From Balanoglossus misakiensis (taxonomy: Eukaryota; Animalia; Hemichordata): a stretch of DNA of 64,000 nt. Location: positions 2,844,345 to 2,908,344 of the forward strand of contig CM082579.2 of the NCBI GenBank assembly GCA_040954595.2, given 5' to 3'. Positions 42,001-54,900 of the stretch are shown here, piece by piece. The translations under genes and the position numbers were made by a program. The notes beneath the pieces were generated by a model that was given only the letters and a program-made list of their open reading frames with translations, had not been told where the DNA came from and searched no databases. Each line of letters opens with the position of its first letter. Within the stretch, counting starts at the first letter, position 1.

Positions 42001-45000
42001 GAGAAGAACTTGATCCATTGCTACAATGCAAGTATATGAAAAGTATGAAATCTGCAATATTGAATGACATTTAGATGAAAGTAGGCAGTGTCATCGTAGT
42101 TTATTGAGAAATTTTTGGGATGAATCTCTCGAATACAATATATCATGTTCCCTCTTGTTGACCCACAGAGGTCCCCAAGGTCATGGTCACCCCAGAACAT
42201 TCATATGCCCACGAGAAGGACAACGTTTCTCTTCGGTGCGTGGTTTCTGGTAATCCTCGCCCGCAGGTGGCATGGACCAAGAAATTCAACACCACGTATT
42301 TCGAAGCGGTGCCCAGACACATGTACACTGTGGTGAACAGTGGAAAGTACTCCGTGGATAGTCACCTGAACCTGAAAATGATCACCAAGCAACATATGGG
42401 AAGCTACAGATGTAAGGCCTTCAACATCAAGACGGGCGAGGACACGTATGCTGGTGTTGACTCTGACGACGGCGTTGTCCAAGTCGGTGAGTACTGCAGT
42501 GGTTCTTTATGTGTGTGGGATTCAACCTCAATTCTTGCCAGGCAAGTTCAAGATACCATGACCACAATGAACTGAATGTGCGTGGAAAGTTCTGCATCTA
42601 TTTGGTCAGATCTTCAGCAAATCTCATTTGATCAAGAATACATTGGTTGCAGATTATTTTATTGGATATCAGCATTTTGACTACCGATAGTTCCAGAAGC
42701 CATCATTTCAAAGGGCAGTTGGATAAAGACCAATCAGTTGCTTTAGTCCTAAGACCTTGTCCCAATTCCACATCCTGTTAAAAATTCCCATGTTTCAAAG
42801 CTTGTCACAATGAAGCTTATTGCATGTGGGAAGTGTGAGCATTGTATCTAATTGTTCTTTTTTTTCATGACTACAGCAAGTAATACTTTAGCACAAGGAG
42901 CACATGCAAATCAGCTGTCAGAAAAACAGATTCAGATGATGGCCGTGCTTGGTGGCGCTATTGCTTTGGCACTCATCGTGTTTGTCGTCATCATCATCAG
43001 TCTGAGGAAATACAGGAGGGTAAGTTATTTAAATTTAATTCACTCTGGAAACCTGTAGAATTTCTGATGATTTTATTTTGATTTGACTCGTGGACCTGTG
43101 TTTATTGCAGCTGTCATGTCAGTGATGTGCGGGTCTGTCTGATTCGATGCAGTCACAGACAATATGAAGCAGGAACATGTGACAACCCTTTAATAATCCT
43201 GTCTGTTTCTTGATGTCTTTTTATTTCCAACAGAGACGTTATCATCACAGCGACGCAAAGGAAATGAATTTCCCACCCATCATCGAGGATGGTGTCGAAG
43301 TTGGTGTGGAAGGAGCGTGCGAGAAGATCCCGTACGACGAGAAATGGGAATTCCCGGAAGAGCGACTGAGGATCGGACAAACTATTGGCAGGGGCGCCTT
43401 CGGTCGGGTGGTGAAGGCAGCTGCTTGGGGCATTAATGGTTCCTCGGCCGTCACAACTGTTGCAGTCAAAATGCTGAAACGTAAGTGACTTCTATCTGTG
43501 TTTTACTGTAATATATAAAATTTGTGACTTTAATGTGCGCCCTCAATGACAGATTCCAAGGAGGGTCGAGCTGCCAGTTGGGTGGCAATTTTTCATTGGT
43601 TCAGAAGAGCTCAACTGTGCAGTAAAATGAACACATGGCAAGCACTTGATTTGCCTAGCTGGTTATCTTTTTAAGGTTGTGAGATTCACTGTCACATTTC
43701 TTACCTCGCTTTCTTCCTCTCCCTGCAGCTGATGCGAGTGAAAGTGAAAAGAGGGCACTGTGGATGGAACTGAAGGTGCTGATACACATCGGTCAACATC
43801 TGAACATCGTCAATCTGCTTGGAGCTTGTACCACAGATTGTAAGTCAGATTTTTGCATATACTCTGTAATTTTAATTTATCCGATTTCTTGTTGTGAAAT
43901 ACTTGTCTGTGTTTCTTTTTTGACATGCAATGTATATCTCTCAACAGGTCTGTACTTGATAATCGAGTATTGCAAACATGGCAACCTGTGTGACTACCTG
44001 CGTACGAGACGGGACAGCTTTGTGCTGGAGCCCAGGTCACCTGGCACTTCGCCCTCCGACCAAGACATGTATGATGATGTCTTTGAGTACAATGAAGATC
44101 CCCTCAGTTTGCATGACTTGACCTGCTTCTGTTTCCAAGTTGCCCGAGGAATGGAATTCTTGTCGTCTAAGAGGGTGAGTGTTGCCACAAAGTTTGTAAC
44201 AATATAGTACTTATTCAGATCAAATGGTTAGACTTTACGCAAAAGAATGTGACAAAACTCATATCTTGATGACATTTTATGTGTGCCTTTCTAGGTGATT
44301 CATCGTGATTTGGCAGCTCGTAATGTGTTGTTATCAGATAACCACGTAGTGAAGATCTGTGATTTTGGTCTGGCAAGAGACATCTATGATGATCCTAACT
44401 ACATCACCAAGGGTTCTGTAAGTACATCGGTATCTTTTGGCCATATTGTCATCCACTCCAACAAAATATCAAGATGAATACATTGAATTATTTTTAAATG
44501 GGTCCAAGACAGATTTTCATGTACACACAATGTAGTTTACTCTTCTGTGTACCAGTGATATGTTAAGCTTGTTAGTTGAAGTTTCTAAGCACATACTCTT
44601 TCCGCCATTTTGAATTCGCAGTGTCGTCTTCCAATCAAATGGATGGCACCGGAATCCATCTTGGATGACAAGGTCTTCACCACACAGAGTGATGTGTAAG
44701 TATATTGTATATAAAATTTGTACGTCTTCATAATTTTTTTTAGAGCTGTTAAAATTCTCTATGAGAATAGCATTAGGTTTTCTGGTGTTATTTGGCAAAA
44801 GAATGAATAAGAAATGTCATAAGGGCCTACATTACCCCCAGTAACCATGGTAATTGCTCTCTTTGCAGGTGGTCATTTGGGGTCCTGATGTGGGAGATTT
44901 TCTCACTGGGTGGAACTCCTTACCCAGGCATGCAGATTGATGAGGATTTCTTCCAGAAAATGCGAAATGGTTACCGCATGAGATGCCCAGAGCTGGCACC

Positions 45001-45926
45001 TCAAGAACTGTAAGTTGGCAGTCAAAAGTTTATTGGTTTTGTTTTCCCACCATAAATTTTGTGATGGATTCACACAGAAAAGTACTAAAAGTGTTAAATT
45101 TATACTAATTGTTATAACACAAAACATTTGGTGGTTTTTGCCTTGTAGATACCAACTGATGTTACAAAGTTGGAATGCTGAAGCAAAAGCAAGACCATCG
45201 TTCAGTGCGCTGGCTGAGAAGCTTGGCGGCCATCTTGAATCCAATGTACGACAGGTAAGCAGAAGTCACAAAGTGACAAGTTTTTTCATTAGTTCAAAAG
45301 TCAATGATGTCAAAAATCATCACCAGGTTAACAGTAGTACTCAGTGTATTTGTAAAGTTATTAAACAATGACAATTTGACATTCTTTAAGATATGGTGAA
45401 ATTATAGTTAATTTTCTGTGCTTTTTAAATGTCCACACAGGAGTACATTGACCTGAATGAACCGTATCGGAACAGGACGTCAACTATACTCGGTTATGCT
45501 GACCTCCAGAATGAGCTGGTCCCGGAGTACCAGCCGTTGATGAGCAAGCATAAGAACAGTGTTGTGCAGGCAAAGCCTGGGAATGTCGAATCGGACAACC
45601 GCGCCTCCAGGCCTTACTTGGAGCCAATCACCAGGCGGATCAACGGCAGTGCGGTGACCACCTTCCCGGCCAGTGAGAACGACGACGACGTCGAGTACAT
45701 AGACGGCGCTGCAGATACCGAACTGAGCTCGCTGACCAGAAGTCGCGCCAGCTACAACCACAAGGGCAGCAGCAAAAGCGAGGAGTCGGTGTCGTCGGAC
45801 TTGTCGAGCGGTTTTCATTCCGAAGGATACGCGAACGAGCACAAACATAACAGCCACGAGAGCGATGCCCCGCCAGAGTACAGCCAAGTCGTAGAAGCAG
45901 AGACGAATTTCTCCACTCTTGCATAG
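33869..45926 (+). CDS. VEGFR: VEGFR-family (FLT1/KDR/FLT4-like) receptor tyrosine kinase, about 1432 aa, 19 exons, 8 Ig-like domains
   Basis: Exons 33869-33956 (signal peptide), 38128-38460, 38812-39087, 39225-39370, 39617-39800, 40082-40381, 40531-40902, 41174-41509, 41661-41948, 42169-42486, 42877-43019 (TM), 43234-43480, 43729-43839, 43948-44174, 44295-44417, 44622-44695, 44869-45009, 45149-45254, 45441-45926 = 4299 nt. Motifs [100 protein letters not shown]. Split kinase domain. Confidence 0.95.
35969..36077. repeat. (CAT/CAC)n microsatellite in VEGFR intron 1
   Basis: Direct trinucleotide run. Confidence 0.95.
37004..37067 (+). CDS. Candidate alternative first coding exon (signal peptide) of the VEGFR gene
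   Basis: accATG followed by [21 protein letters not shown] and a phase-1 donor G|gtaata, in frame with the phase-1 acceptor at 38128. Confidence 0.5.
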
Positions 45927-48178
45927 TTGCTCGGCAGGTAATTCGCAAAAGCTGTTAACAGACATGGTGATTATTTTTGCCAGATAAATGGCAAATGGAC
46001 TTACACCATGACTTCATGAGTACCTAACCACAAAGTTGCAGTTGATATTTTAGAATGCCGAACTTTCTGTCAGGGAAAAGAAGAGGGCATGATATGTCAG
46101 AATTTTGAACACAGCATTATTATCATTCTATAATTTAGGCCTCGCATAGTGCAATTTCTGACTAGTTTATATACATGTAGTAGCCATTAACTGGTAAATA
46201 GTGTATTGAAAATACAAGTAGAAATTTAATGATTCATTGTGTATTATTTCATAGGCATTTGCTTTGTAGCTGTCATTTAGCCAGTATGTCCATGTATTTT
46301 GGCAGCAAAGCGAAGGGCATTTTTTGTTGCGTCTTTCCAGAACAGATTCTGGAGCAAACTTTCTATGTGTTGAATTACCCTTTATTTATTTTCAATGTTG
46401 TGAACCACTTGTTTAGCAACAGTAAGTTTTTATACCATGAACTCTCTTGTTTTAATTCAGACAATCATGGGCATTCAAACGAAGGTGAAAAACGTTTCGT
46501 ATTTACTCCCAAAAGATTTTCAGTATTCATACTTTCAGATCTATAAAAGTTTTGTGAAACAGTTAACTTGTTTTTATTCTATTTTTCTGACTTCTGAGAT
46601 GTAGCAGCATTGAGCTGAGAGATGTGTAGAGTTAGCATAAACAAATTGGTGCATGTGTATTTATATCATGTACAGATGAGATGAACAGATCACAAATTAA
46701 TTTCCACTGTTCTGTTTATGGCAGTTTCCCTATGTTTGTCTGTAACCTGTTTGTGTTACATGTGCGTAAAAAATTGTGTGGAGAATTTAGGCATAATGTA
46801 CAGTCCGGTATTTCAGTGTGTGTTCACCAAATGTCCAATAGGTCCTCAAAAAACTGAGTTTGCTCATTTTCTTGCTTTAAATAGAATTGTACAGAAAAAA
46901 GGAATTGTAAATCTTCTGTATTGAAAAAAAATACTTGTACATTCCCAATTCGGAAAAGGACCAATTTTTAAACAAAATTATGTATTCATATTTGAATTTC
47001 ACATTTGTATTTTAGTACACTGGACATCGGGCCATGTGATAATTATATGAAATTGCCTTGTTGGACCACAATAAATAAACTCTAATGTCTTTTTTAACCA
47101 GGGCTTCTCAGATTTTGAAGTAAGACTGTAATTTTAAGGTTCAATGATTTATTTATTCCTGTCACCCCTATTTCTCTGTAAATGGAATCAGCCACACTTC
47201 TACAGAACACTAGAGGACTGTACCACATTGTAGTGGTCAGAGGGTTAAGCTTCTTTATAAGAAATGTAACCTCTATTGTTGCCATGACAACAGAAACAGT
47301 TGCCAAAGAAAAAGTGCCTGTCATTTGACAAATGAAATATTATGAAAAAGTATATTTGCAAGTATAAGAAATAAAGTTCATTTATATATTTTTTATTTTC
47401 AGTGTTGTTTTTTATATGTTTGCTTTCTAGAGCTAGTTTTCATGTCACATTATCAAATAATTCAGTGAAGTACCAGTATATGAAAGTCCAAGTCGGAAGA
47501 AGTGGAGTCACAGACAGTATTTTATATCACATATTACTGTAGAATTTTAGCTAGTTATTATTTCAAGGATGAATTAAAAAAATATATCAGCATAATCATT
47601 TTCTTAATTTTTTACAAAAAACATTGTTTGCATTTTCTTAGCAAAAAATTTCAATATTTCACTTTGCCATGTACACAGAGCAATAAATTTAAACTTCTTG
47701 CCAAAGCATACTTGTGTATCAGTGGTCCTGTAACTAAGATGAGCCAATAATTCATGTTGGTCCAAGTTCTAATGCTTTGGTTTGCATAATGGTCCACACC
47801 ATGCATCTTCAGTGTCTGTGAACTTCTTAAAATAGGATAATGGTTTATTTTAGATAGAGCTTCATTTTGGGATGTGTTACCTCTGTGCAGCTAAGTCATT
47901 TTTATGCCGGCCAAAATGCAAGTCCCACAAGAATCTCACTACTAACGAAAATTCACTTCTAATCAAAACTATGTAACCTGTGAATCAATATCGTGAAGTA
48001 TGTTCCACCGTCCAATTTCATAAACTTTGTCATTTTTACCCATATTTGTTGTGTTATGTATAAGTACTGCTACGATTTTCTTTCAGGTTTATCCGTACAC
48101 ATCTGTATTTGTCCCAAAAAGCGAAATTCTTTTATAAGCATTTCTGTTAATCTGTTAGGCTGGACCTAATCTTTTGTA

Positions 48179-48222
48179 AATAAAATAAACTAGATGTAAA
48201 ATATACACTCTGTGTTTTTTTT
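48179..48222 (+). terminator. Candidate distal polyadenylation site of the VEGFR transcript
   Basis: Overlapping AATAAA x2 (48179-48189), then a tgtgtttttttt GU/U-rich element about 20-30 nt downstream. Other AATAAA sites occur near 47073 and 47370. Confidence 0.4.
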
Positions 48223-48259
48223 CAGTCTCAACACATTTCAGACTCACAACTTTACCACC

Positions 48260-48984
48260 TGATGATTTTCATGAGCTATAACCCATGAAAATTTCAAAAA
48301 ATCACGAAATTCAAAAATTCGCAAAGTCGACAGATTTCCACTTTTTGATGATTTTCATGAGCTATAACCCATAAAAATTTCAAAAAATCACGAAATTCAA
48401 AAATTCGCAAAGTCGACAGATTTTCACTTTTTGATGATTTTCATGAGCTATAACCCATAAAAATTTCAAAAAATCACGAAATTCAAAAATTAGCAAAGTC
48501 GACAGATTTTCACTTTTTGATGATTTTCATGAGCTATAACCCATGAATATTTCAAAAAATCACGAGATTCAAAAATTAGCAAAGTCGACAGATTTTCACT
48601 TTTTGATGATTTTCATGAGCTATAACCCATGGAAATTTCGAAAAATCACGAAATTCAAAAATTCGCAAAGTCGACAGATTTCCACTTTTTGATGATTTTC
48701 ATGAGCTTTAACCCATGAAATTTTCGAAAAAACATCATTAAATTAAAAAATTTGCAAAGTCGACAGATTTCCACATTTTGATGATTTTCATGAGCTATAA
48801 ACCATGAATATTTCGAAAAATCAAGAAACTAAAAAATTCGCAAAATCGACAGATTTCCACTTTTTGATGATTTTCATGAGCTATAACCCTCGAGAATATC
48901 AAAAAATCACGAAATTCATAAATTCGCAAAGTCGACAGATTTTCACTTTTTGATGATTTTCATGAGCTATAACCCATGATTTTT
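48260..48984 (-). repeat. Diverged 86-bp satellite block (about 8 monomers), inverted relative to the main array
   Basis: Unit gatgattttcatgagctataacccatgaaaatttcaaaaaatcacgaaattcaaaaattcgcaaagtcgacagatttccacttttt recurs at 48261, 48347 and onward. It shares gatgattttc.tgagctataacccatg with the reverse complement of the 87-mer. Confidence 0.92.
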
Positions 48985-48985
48985 G

Positions 48986-51900
48986 AAAAAATCATGGGTT
49001 ATAGCTCAGGAAAATCATCAAAATTCGACGATTTTTCGACTTTTCGAAATCTCAAAATTTCGTCGATTTTTGAAAAATCCATGGGTTATAGCTCAGGAAA
49101 ATCATCAAAAATCGACGATTTTTCGACTTTCCGAAATCTCAAAATTTCGTCGATTTTTGAAAAAATCATGGGTTATAGCTCAGGAAAATCATCAAAATTC
49201 GACGATTTTTCGACTTTTCGAAATCTCAAAATTTCGTCGATTTTTGAAAAAATCATGGGTTATAGCTCAGGAAAATCATCAAAAATCGACGATTTTTCGA
49301 CTTTCCGAAATCTCAAAATTTCGTCGATTTTTGAAAAAATCATGTGTTATAGCTCAGGAAAATCATCAAAAATCGACGATTTTTCGACTTTCCGAAATCT
49401 CAAAATTTCGTCGATTTTTGAAAAAATCATGTGTTATAGCTCAGGAAAATCATCAAAATTCGACGATTTTTCGACTTTCCGAAATCTCAAAATTTCGTCG
49501 ATTTTTGAAAAAATCATGGGTTATAGCTCAGGAAAATCATCAAAAATCGACGATTTTTCGACTTTTCGAAATCTCAAAATTTCGTCGATTTTTGAAAAAA
49601 TCATGGGTTATAGCTCAGGAAAATCATCAAAAATCGACGATTTTTCGACTTTCCGAAATCTCAAAATTTCGTCGATTTTTGAAAAAATCATGGGTTATAG
49701 CTCAGGAAAATCATCAAAAATCGACGATTTTTCGACTTTCCGAAATCTCAAAATTTCGTCGATTTTTGAAAAAATCATGGGTTATAGCTCAGGAAAATCA
49801 TCAAAAATCGACGATTTTTCGACTTTCCGAAATCACAAAATTTCGTCGATTTTTGAAAAAATCATGGGTTATAGCTCAGGAAAATCATCAAAAATCGACG
49901 ATTTTTCGACTTTCCGAAATCTCAAAATTTCGTCGATTTTTGAAAAAATCATGGGTTTATAGCTCAGGAAAATCATCAAAAATCGACGATTTTTCGAATT
50001 TTCGAAATCTCAAAATTTCGTCGATTTTTGAAAAAATCATGGGTTATAGCTCAGGAAAATCATCGAAAATCGACGATTTTTCGACTTTCCGAAATCTCAA
50101 AATTTCGTCGATTTTTGAAAAAATCATGGGTTATAGCTCAGGAAAATCATCGAAAATCGACGATTTTTCGACTTTCCGAAATCTCAAAATTTCGTCGATT
50201 TTTGAAAAAATCATGGGTTATAGCTCAGGAAAATCATCGAAAATCGACGATTTTTCGACTTTCCGAAATCTCAAAATTTCGTCGATTTTTGAAAAAATCA
50301 TGGGTTATAGCTCAGGAAAATCAGCGAAAATCGACGATTTTTCGACTTTCCGAAATCTCAAAATTTCGTCGATTTTTGAAAAAATCATGGGTTATAGCTC
50401 AGGAAAATCATCGAAAATCGACGATTTTTCGACTTTCCGAAATCTCAAAATTTCGTCGATTTTTGAAAAAATCATGGGTTATAGCTCAGGAAAATCATCG
50501 AAAATCGACGATTTTTCGACTTTCCGAAATCTCAAAATTTCGTCGATTTTTGAAAAAATCATGGGTTATAGCTCAGGAAAATCATCAAAAATCGACGATT
50601 TTTCGACTTTCCGAAATCTCAAAATTTCGTCGATTTTTGAAAAAATCATGGGTTATAGCTCAGGAAAATCATCAAAAATCGACGATTTTTCGACTTTCCG
50701 AAATCTCAAAATTTCGTCGATTTTTGAAAAAATCATGGGTTATAGCTCAGGAAAATCATCAAAAATCGACGATTTTTCGACTTTCCGAAATCTCAAAATT
50801 TCGTCGATTTTTGAAAAAATCATGGGTTATAGCTCAGGAAAATCATCAAAAATCGACGATTTTTCGACTTTCCGAAATCACAAAATTTCGTCGATTTTTG
50901 AAAAAATCATGGGTTATAGCTCAGGAAAATCATCAAAAATCGACGATTTTTCGACTTTCCGAAATCTCAAAATTTCGTCGATTTTTGAAAAAATCATGGG
51001 TTATAGCTCAGGAAAATCATCAAAAATCGACGATTTTTCGACTTTCCGAAATCTCAAAATTTCGTCATTTATTGAAAAAATCATGGGTTATAGCTCAGGA
51101 AAATCATCAAAAATCGACGATTTTTCGACTTTCCGAAATCTCAAAATTTCGTCGATTTTTGAAAAAATCATGGGTTATAGCTCAGGAAAATCATCAAAAA
51201 TCGACGATTTTTCGACTTTCCGAAATCTCAAAATTTCGTCGATTTTTGAAAAAATCATGGGTTATAGCTCAGGAAAATCATCAAAAATCGACGATTTTTC
51301 GACTTTCCGAAATCTCAAAATTTCGTCGATTTTTGAAAAAATCATGGGTTATAGCTCAGGAAAATCATCAAAAATCGACGATTTTTCGACTTTCCGAAAT
51401 CTCAAAATTTCGTCGATTTTTGAAAAAATCATGGGTTATAGCTCAGGAAAATCATCAAAAATCGACGATTTTTCGACTTTCCGAAATCACAAAATTTCGT
51501 CGATTTTTGAAAAAATCATGGGTTATAGCTCAGGAAAATCATCAAAAATCGACGATTTTTCGACTTTCCGAAATCTCAAAATTTCGTCGATTTTTGAAAA
51601 AATCATGGGTTATAGCTCAGGAAAATCATCAAAAATCGACGATTTTTCGACTTTCCGAAATCACAAAATTTCGTCGATTTTTGAAAAAATCATGGGTTAT
51701 AGCTCAGGAAAATCATCAAAATTCGACGATTTTTCGACTTTCCGAAATCTCAAAATTTCGTCATTTTTTGAAAAAATCATGGGTTATAGCTCAGGAAAAT
51801 CATCAAAATTCGACGATTTTTCGACTTTCCGAAATCTCAAAATTTCGTCGATTTTTGAAAAAATCATGGGTTATAGCTCAGGAAAATCATCAAAATTCGA

Positions 51901-54900
51901 CGATTTTTCGACTTTCCGAAATCTCAAAATTTCGTCATTTTTTGAAAAAATCATGGGTTATAGCTCAGGAAAATCATCAAAATTCGACGATTTTTCGACT
52001 TTCCGAAATCTCAAAATTTCGTCGATTTTTGAAAAAATCATGGGTTATAGCTCAGGAAAATCATCAAAAATCGACGATTTTTCGACTTTCCGAAATCTCA
52101 AAATTTCGTCGATTTTTGAAAAAATCATGGGTTATAGCTCAGGAAAATCATCAAAAATCGACGATTTTTCGACTTTCCGAAATCTCAAAATTTCGTCGAT
52201 TTTTGAAAAAATCATGGGTTATAGCTCAGGAAAATCATCAAAAATCGACGATTTTTCGACTTTTCGAAATCTCAAAATTTCGTCGATTTTTGAAAAAATC
52301 ATGGGTTATAGCTCAGGAAAATCATCAAAAATCGACGATTTTTCGACTTTTCGAAATCTCAAAATTTCGTCGATTTTTGAAAAAATCATGGGTTATAGCT
52401 CAGGAAAATCATCAAAAATCGACGATTTTTCGACTTTTCGAAATCTCAAAATTTCGTCGATTTTTGAAAAAATCATGGGTTATAGCTCAGGAAAATCATC
52501 AAAAATCGACGATTTTTCGACTTTTCGAAATCTCAAAATTTCGTCGATTTTTGAAAAAATCATGGGTTATAGCTCAGGAAAATCATCAAAAATCGACGAT
52601 TTTTCGACTTTCCGAAATCTCAAAATTTCGTCGATTTTTGAAAAAATCATGGGTTATAGCTCAGGAAAATCATCAAAAATCGACGATTTTTCGACTTTCC
52701 GAAATCTCAAAATTTCGTCGATTTTTGAAAAAATCATGGGTTATAGCTCAGGAAAATCATCAAATATCGACGATTTTTCGACTTTCCGAAATCTCAAAAT
52801 TTCGTCGATTTTTGAAAAAATCATGGGTTATAGCTCAGGAAAATCATCAAAAATCGACGATTTTTCGACTTTCCGAAATCACAAAATTTCGTCGATTTTT
52901 GAAAAAATCATGGGTTATAGCTCAGGAAAATCATCAAAAATCGACGATTTTTCGACTTTCCGAAATCTCAAAATTTCGTCGATTTTTGAAAAAATCATGG
53001 GTTATAGCTCAGGAAAATCATCAAAAATCGACGATTTTTCGACTTTCCGAAATCTCAAAATTTCGTCGATTTTTGAAAAAATCATGGGTTATAGCTCAGG
53101 AAAATCATCAAAAATCGACGATTTTTCGACTTTCCGAAATCTCAAAATTTCGTCGATTTTTGAAAAAATCATGGGTTATAGCTCAGGAAAATCATCAAAA
53201 ATCGACGATTTTTCGACTTTCCGAAATCTCAAAATTTCGTCGATTTTTTGAAAAAATCATGGGTTATAGCTCAGGAAAATCATCAAAATTCGACGATTTT
53301 TCGACTTTCCGAAATCTCAAAATTTCGTCGATTTTTGAAAAAATCATGGGTTATAGCTCAGGAAAATCATCAAAATTCGACGATTTTTCGACTTTCCGAA
53401 ATCTCAAAATTTCGTCGATTTTTGAAAAAATCATGGGTTATAGCTCAGGAAAATCATCAAAAATCGACGATTTTTCGACTTTCCGAAATCTCAAAATTTC
53501 GTCGATTTTTGAAAAAATCATGGGTTATAGCTCAGGAAAATCATCGAAAATCGACGATTTTTCGACTTTCCGAAATCTCAAAATTTCGTCGATTTTTGAA
53601 AAAATCATGGGTTATAGCTCAGGAAAATCATCGAAAATCGACGATTTTTCGACTTTCCGAAATCTCAAAATTTCGTCGATTTTTGAAAAAATCATGGGTT
53701 ATAGCTCAGGAAAATCATCAAAAATCGACGATTTTTCGACTTTCCGAAATCACAAAATTTCGTCGATTTTTCAAAAAATCATGGGTTATAGCTCAGGAAA
53801 ATCATCAAAAATCGACGATTTTTCGACTTTCCGAAATCTCAAAATTTCGTCGATTTTTGAAAAAATCATGGGTTATAGCTCAGGAAAATCATCATAAATC
53901 GACGATTTTTCGACTTTCCGAAATCTCAAAATTTCGTCATTTATTGAAAAAATCATGGGTTATAGCTCAGGAAAATCATCAAAATTCGACGATTTTTCGA
54001 CTTTCCGAAATCTCAAAATTTCGTCGATTTTTGAAAAAATCATGGGTTATAGCTCAGGAAAATCATCAAAAATCGACGATTTTTCGACTTTCCGAAATCA
54101 CAAAATTTCGTCGATTTTTGAAAAAATCATGGGTTATAGCTCAGGAAAATCATCAAAAATCGACGATTTTTCGACTTTCCGAAATCTCAAAATTTCGTCG
54201 ATTTTTGAAAAAATCATGGGTTATAGCTCAGGAAAATCATCAAAAATCGACGATTTTTCGACTTTCCGAAATCTCAAAATTTCGTCGATTTTTGAAAAAA
54301 TCATGGGTTATAGCTCAGGAAAATCATCAAATATCGACGATTTTTCGACTTTCCGAAATCTCAAAATTTCGTCGATTTTTGAAAAAATCATGGGTTATAG
54401 CTCAGGAAAATCATCAAAAATCGACGATTTTTCGACTTTCCGAAATCACAAAATTTCGTCGATTTTTGAAAAAATCATGGGTTATAGCTCAGGAAAATCA
54501 TCAAAAATCGACGATTTTTCGACTTTCCGAAATCTCAAAATTTCGTCGATTTTTGAAAAAATCATGGGTTATAGCTCAGGAAAATCATCAAAAATCGACG
54601 ATTTTTCGACTTTTCGAAATCTCAAAATTTCGTCGATTTTTGAAAAAATCATGGGTTATAGCTCAGGAAAATCATCAAAAATCGACGATTTTTCGACTTT
54701 CCGAAATCTCAAAATTTCGTCATTTATTGAAAAAATCATGGGTTATAGCTCAGGAAAATCATCAAAAATCGACGATTTTTCGACTTTCCGAAATCTCAAA
54801 ATTTCGTCGATTTTTGAAAAAATCATGGGTTATAGCTCAGGAAAATCATCAAAATTCGACGATTTTTCGACTTTCCGAAATCTCAAAATTTCGTCGATTT

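Noticed and set aside
45480-45965. Antisense ORFs over the last VEGFR exon (also over ARHGEF17 17328-17754)
   Set aside because: Shadow ORFs of GC-rich coding exons.
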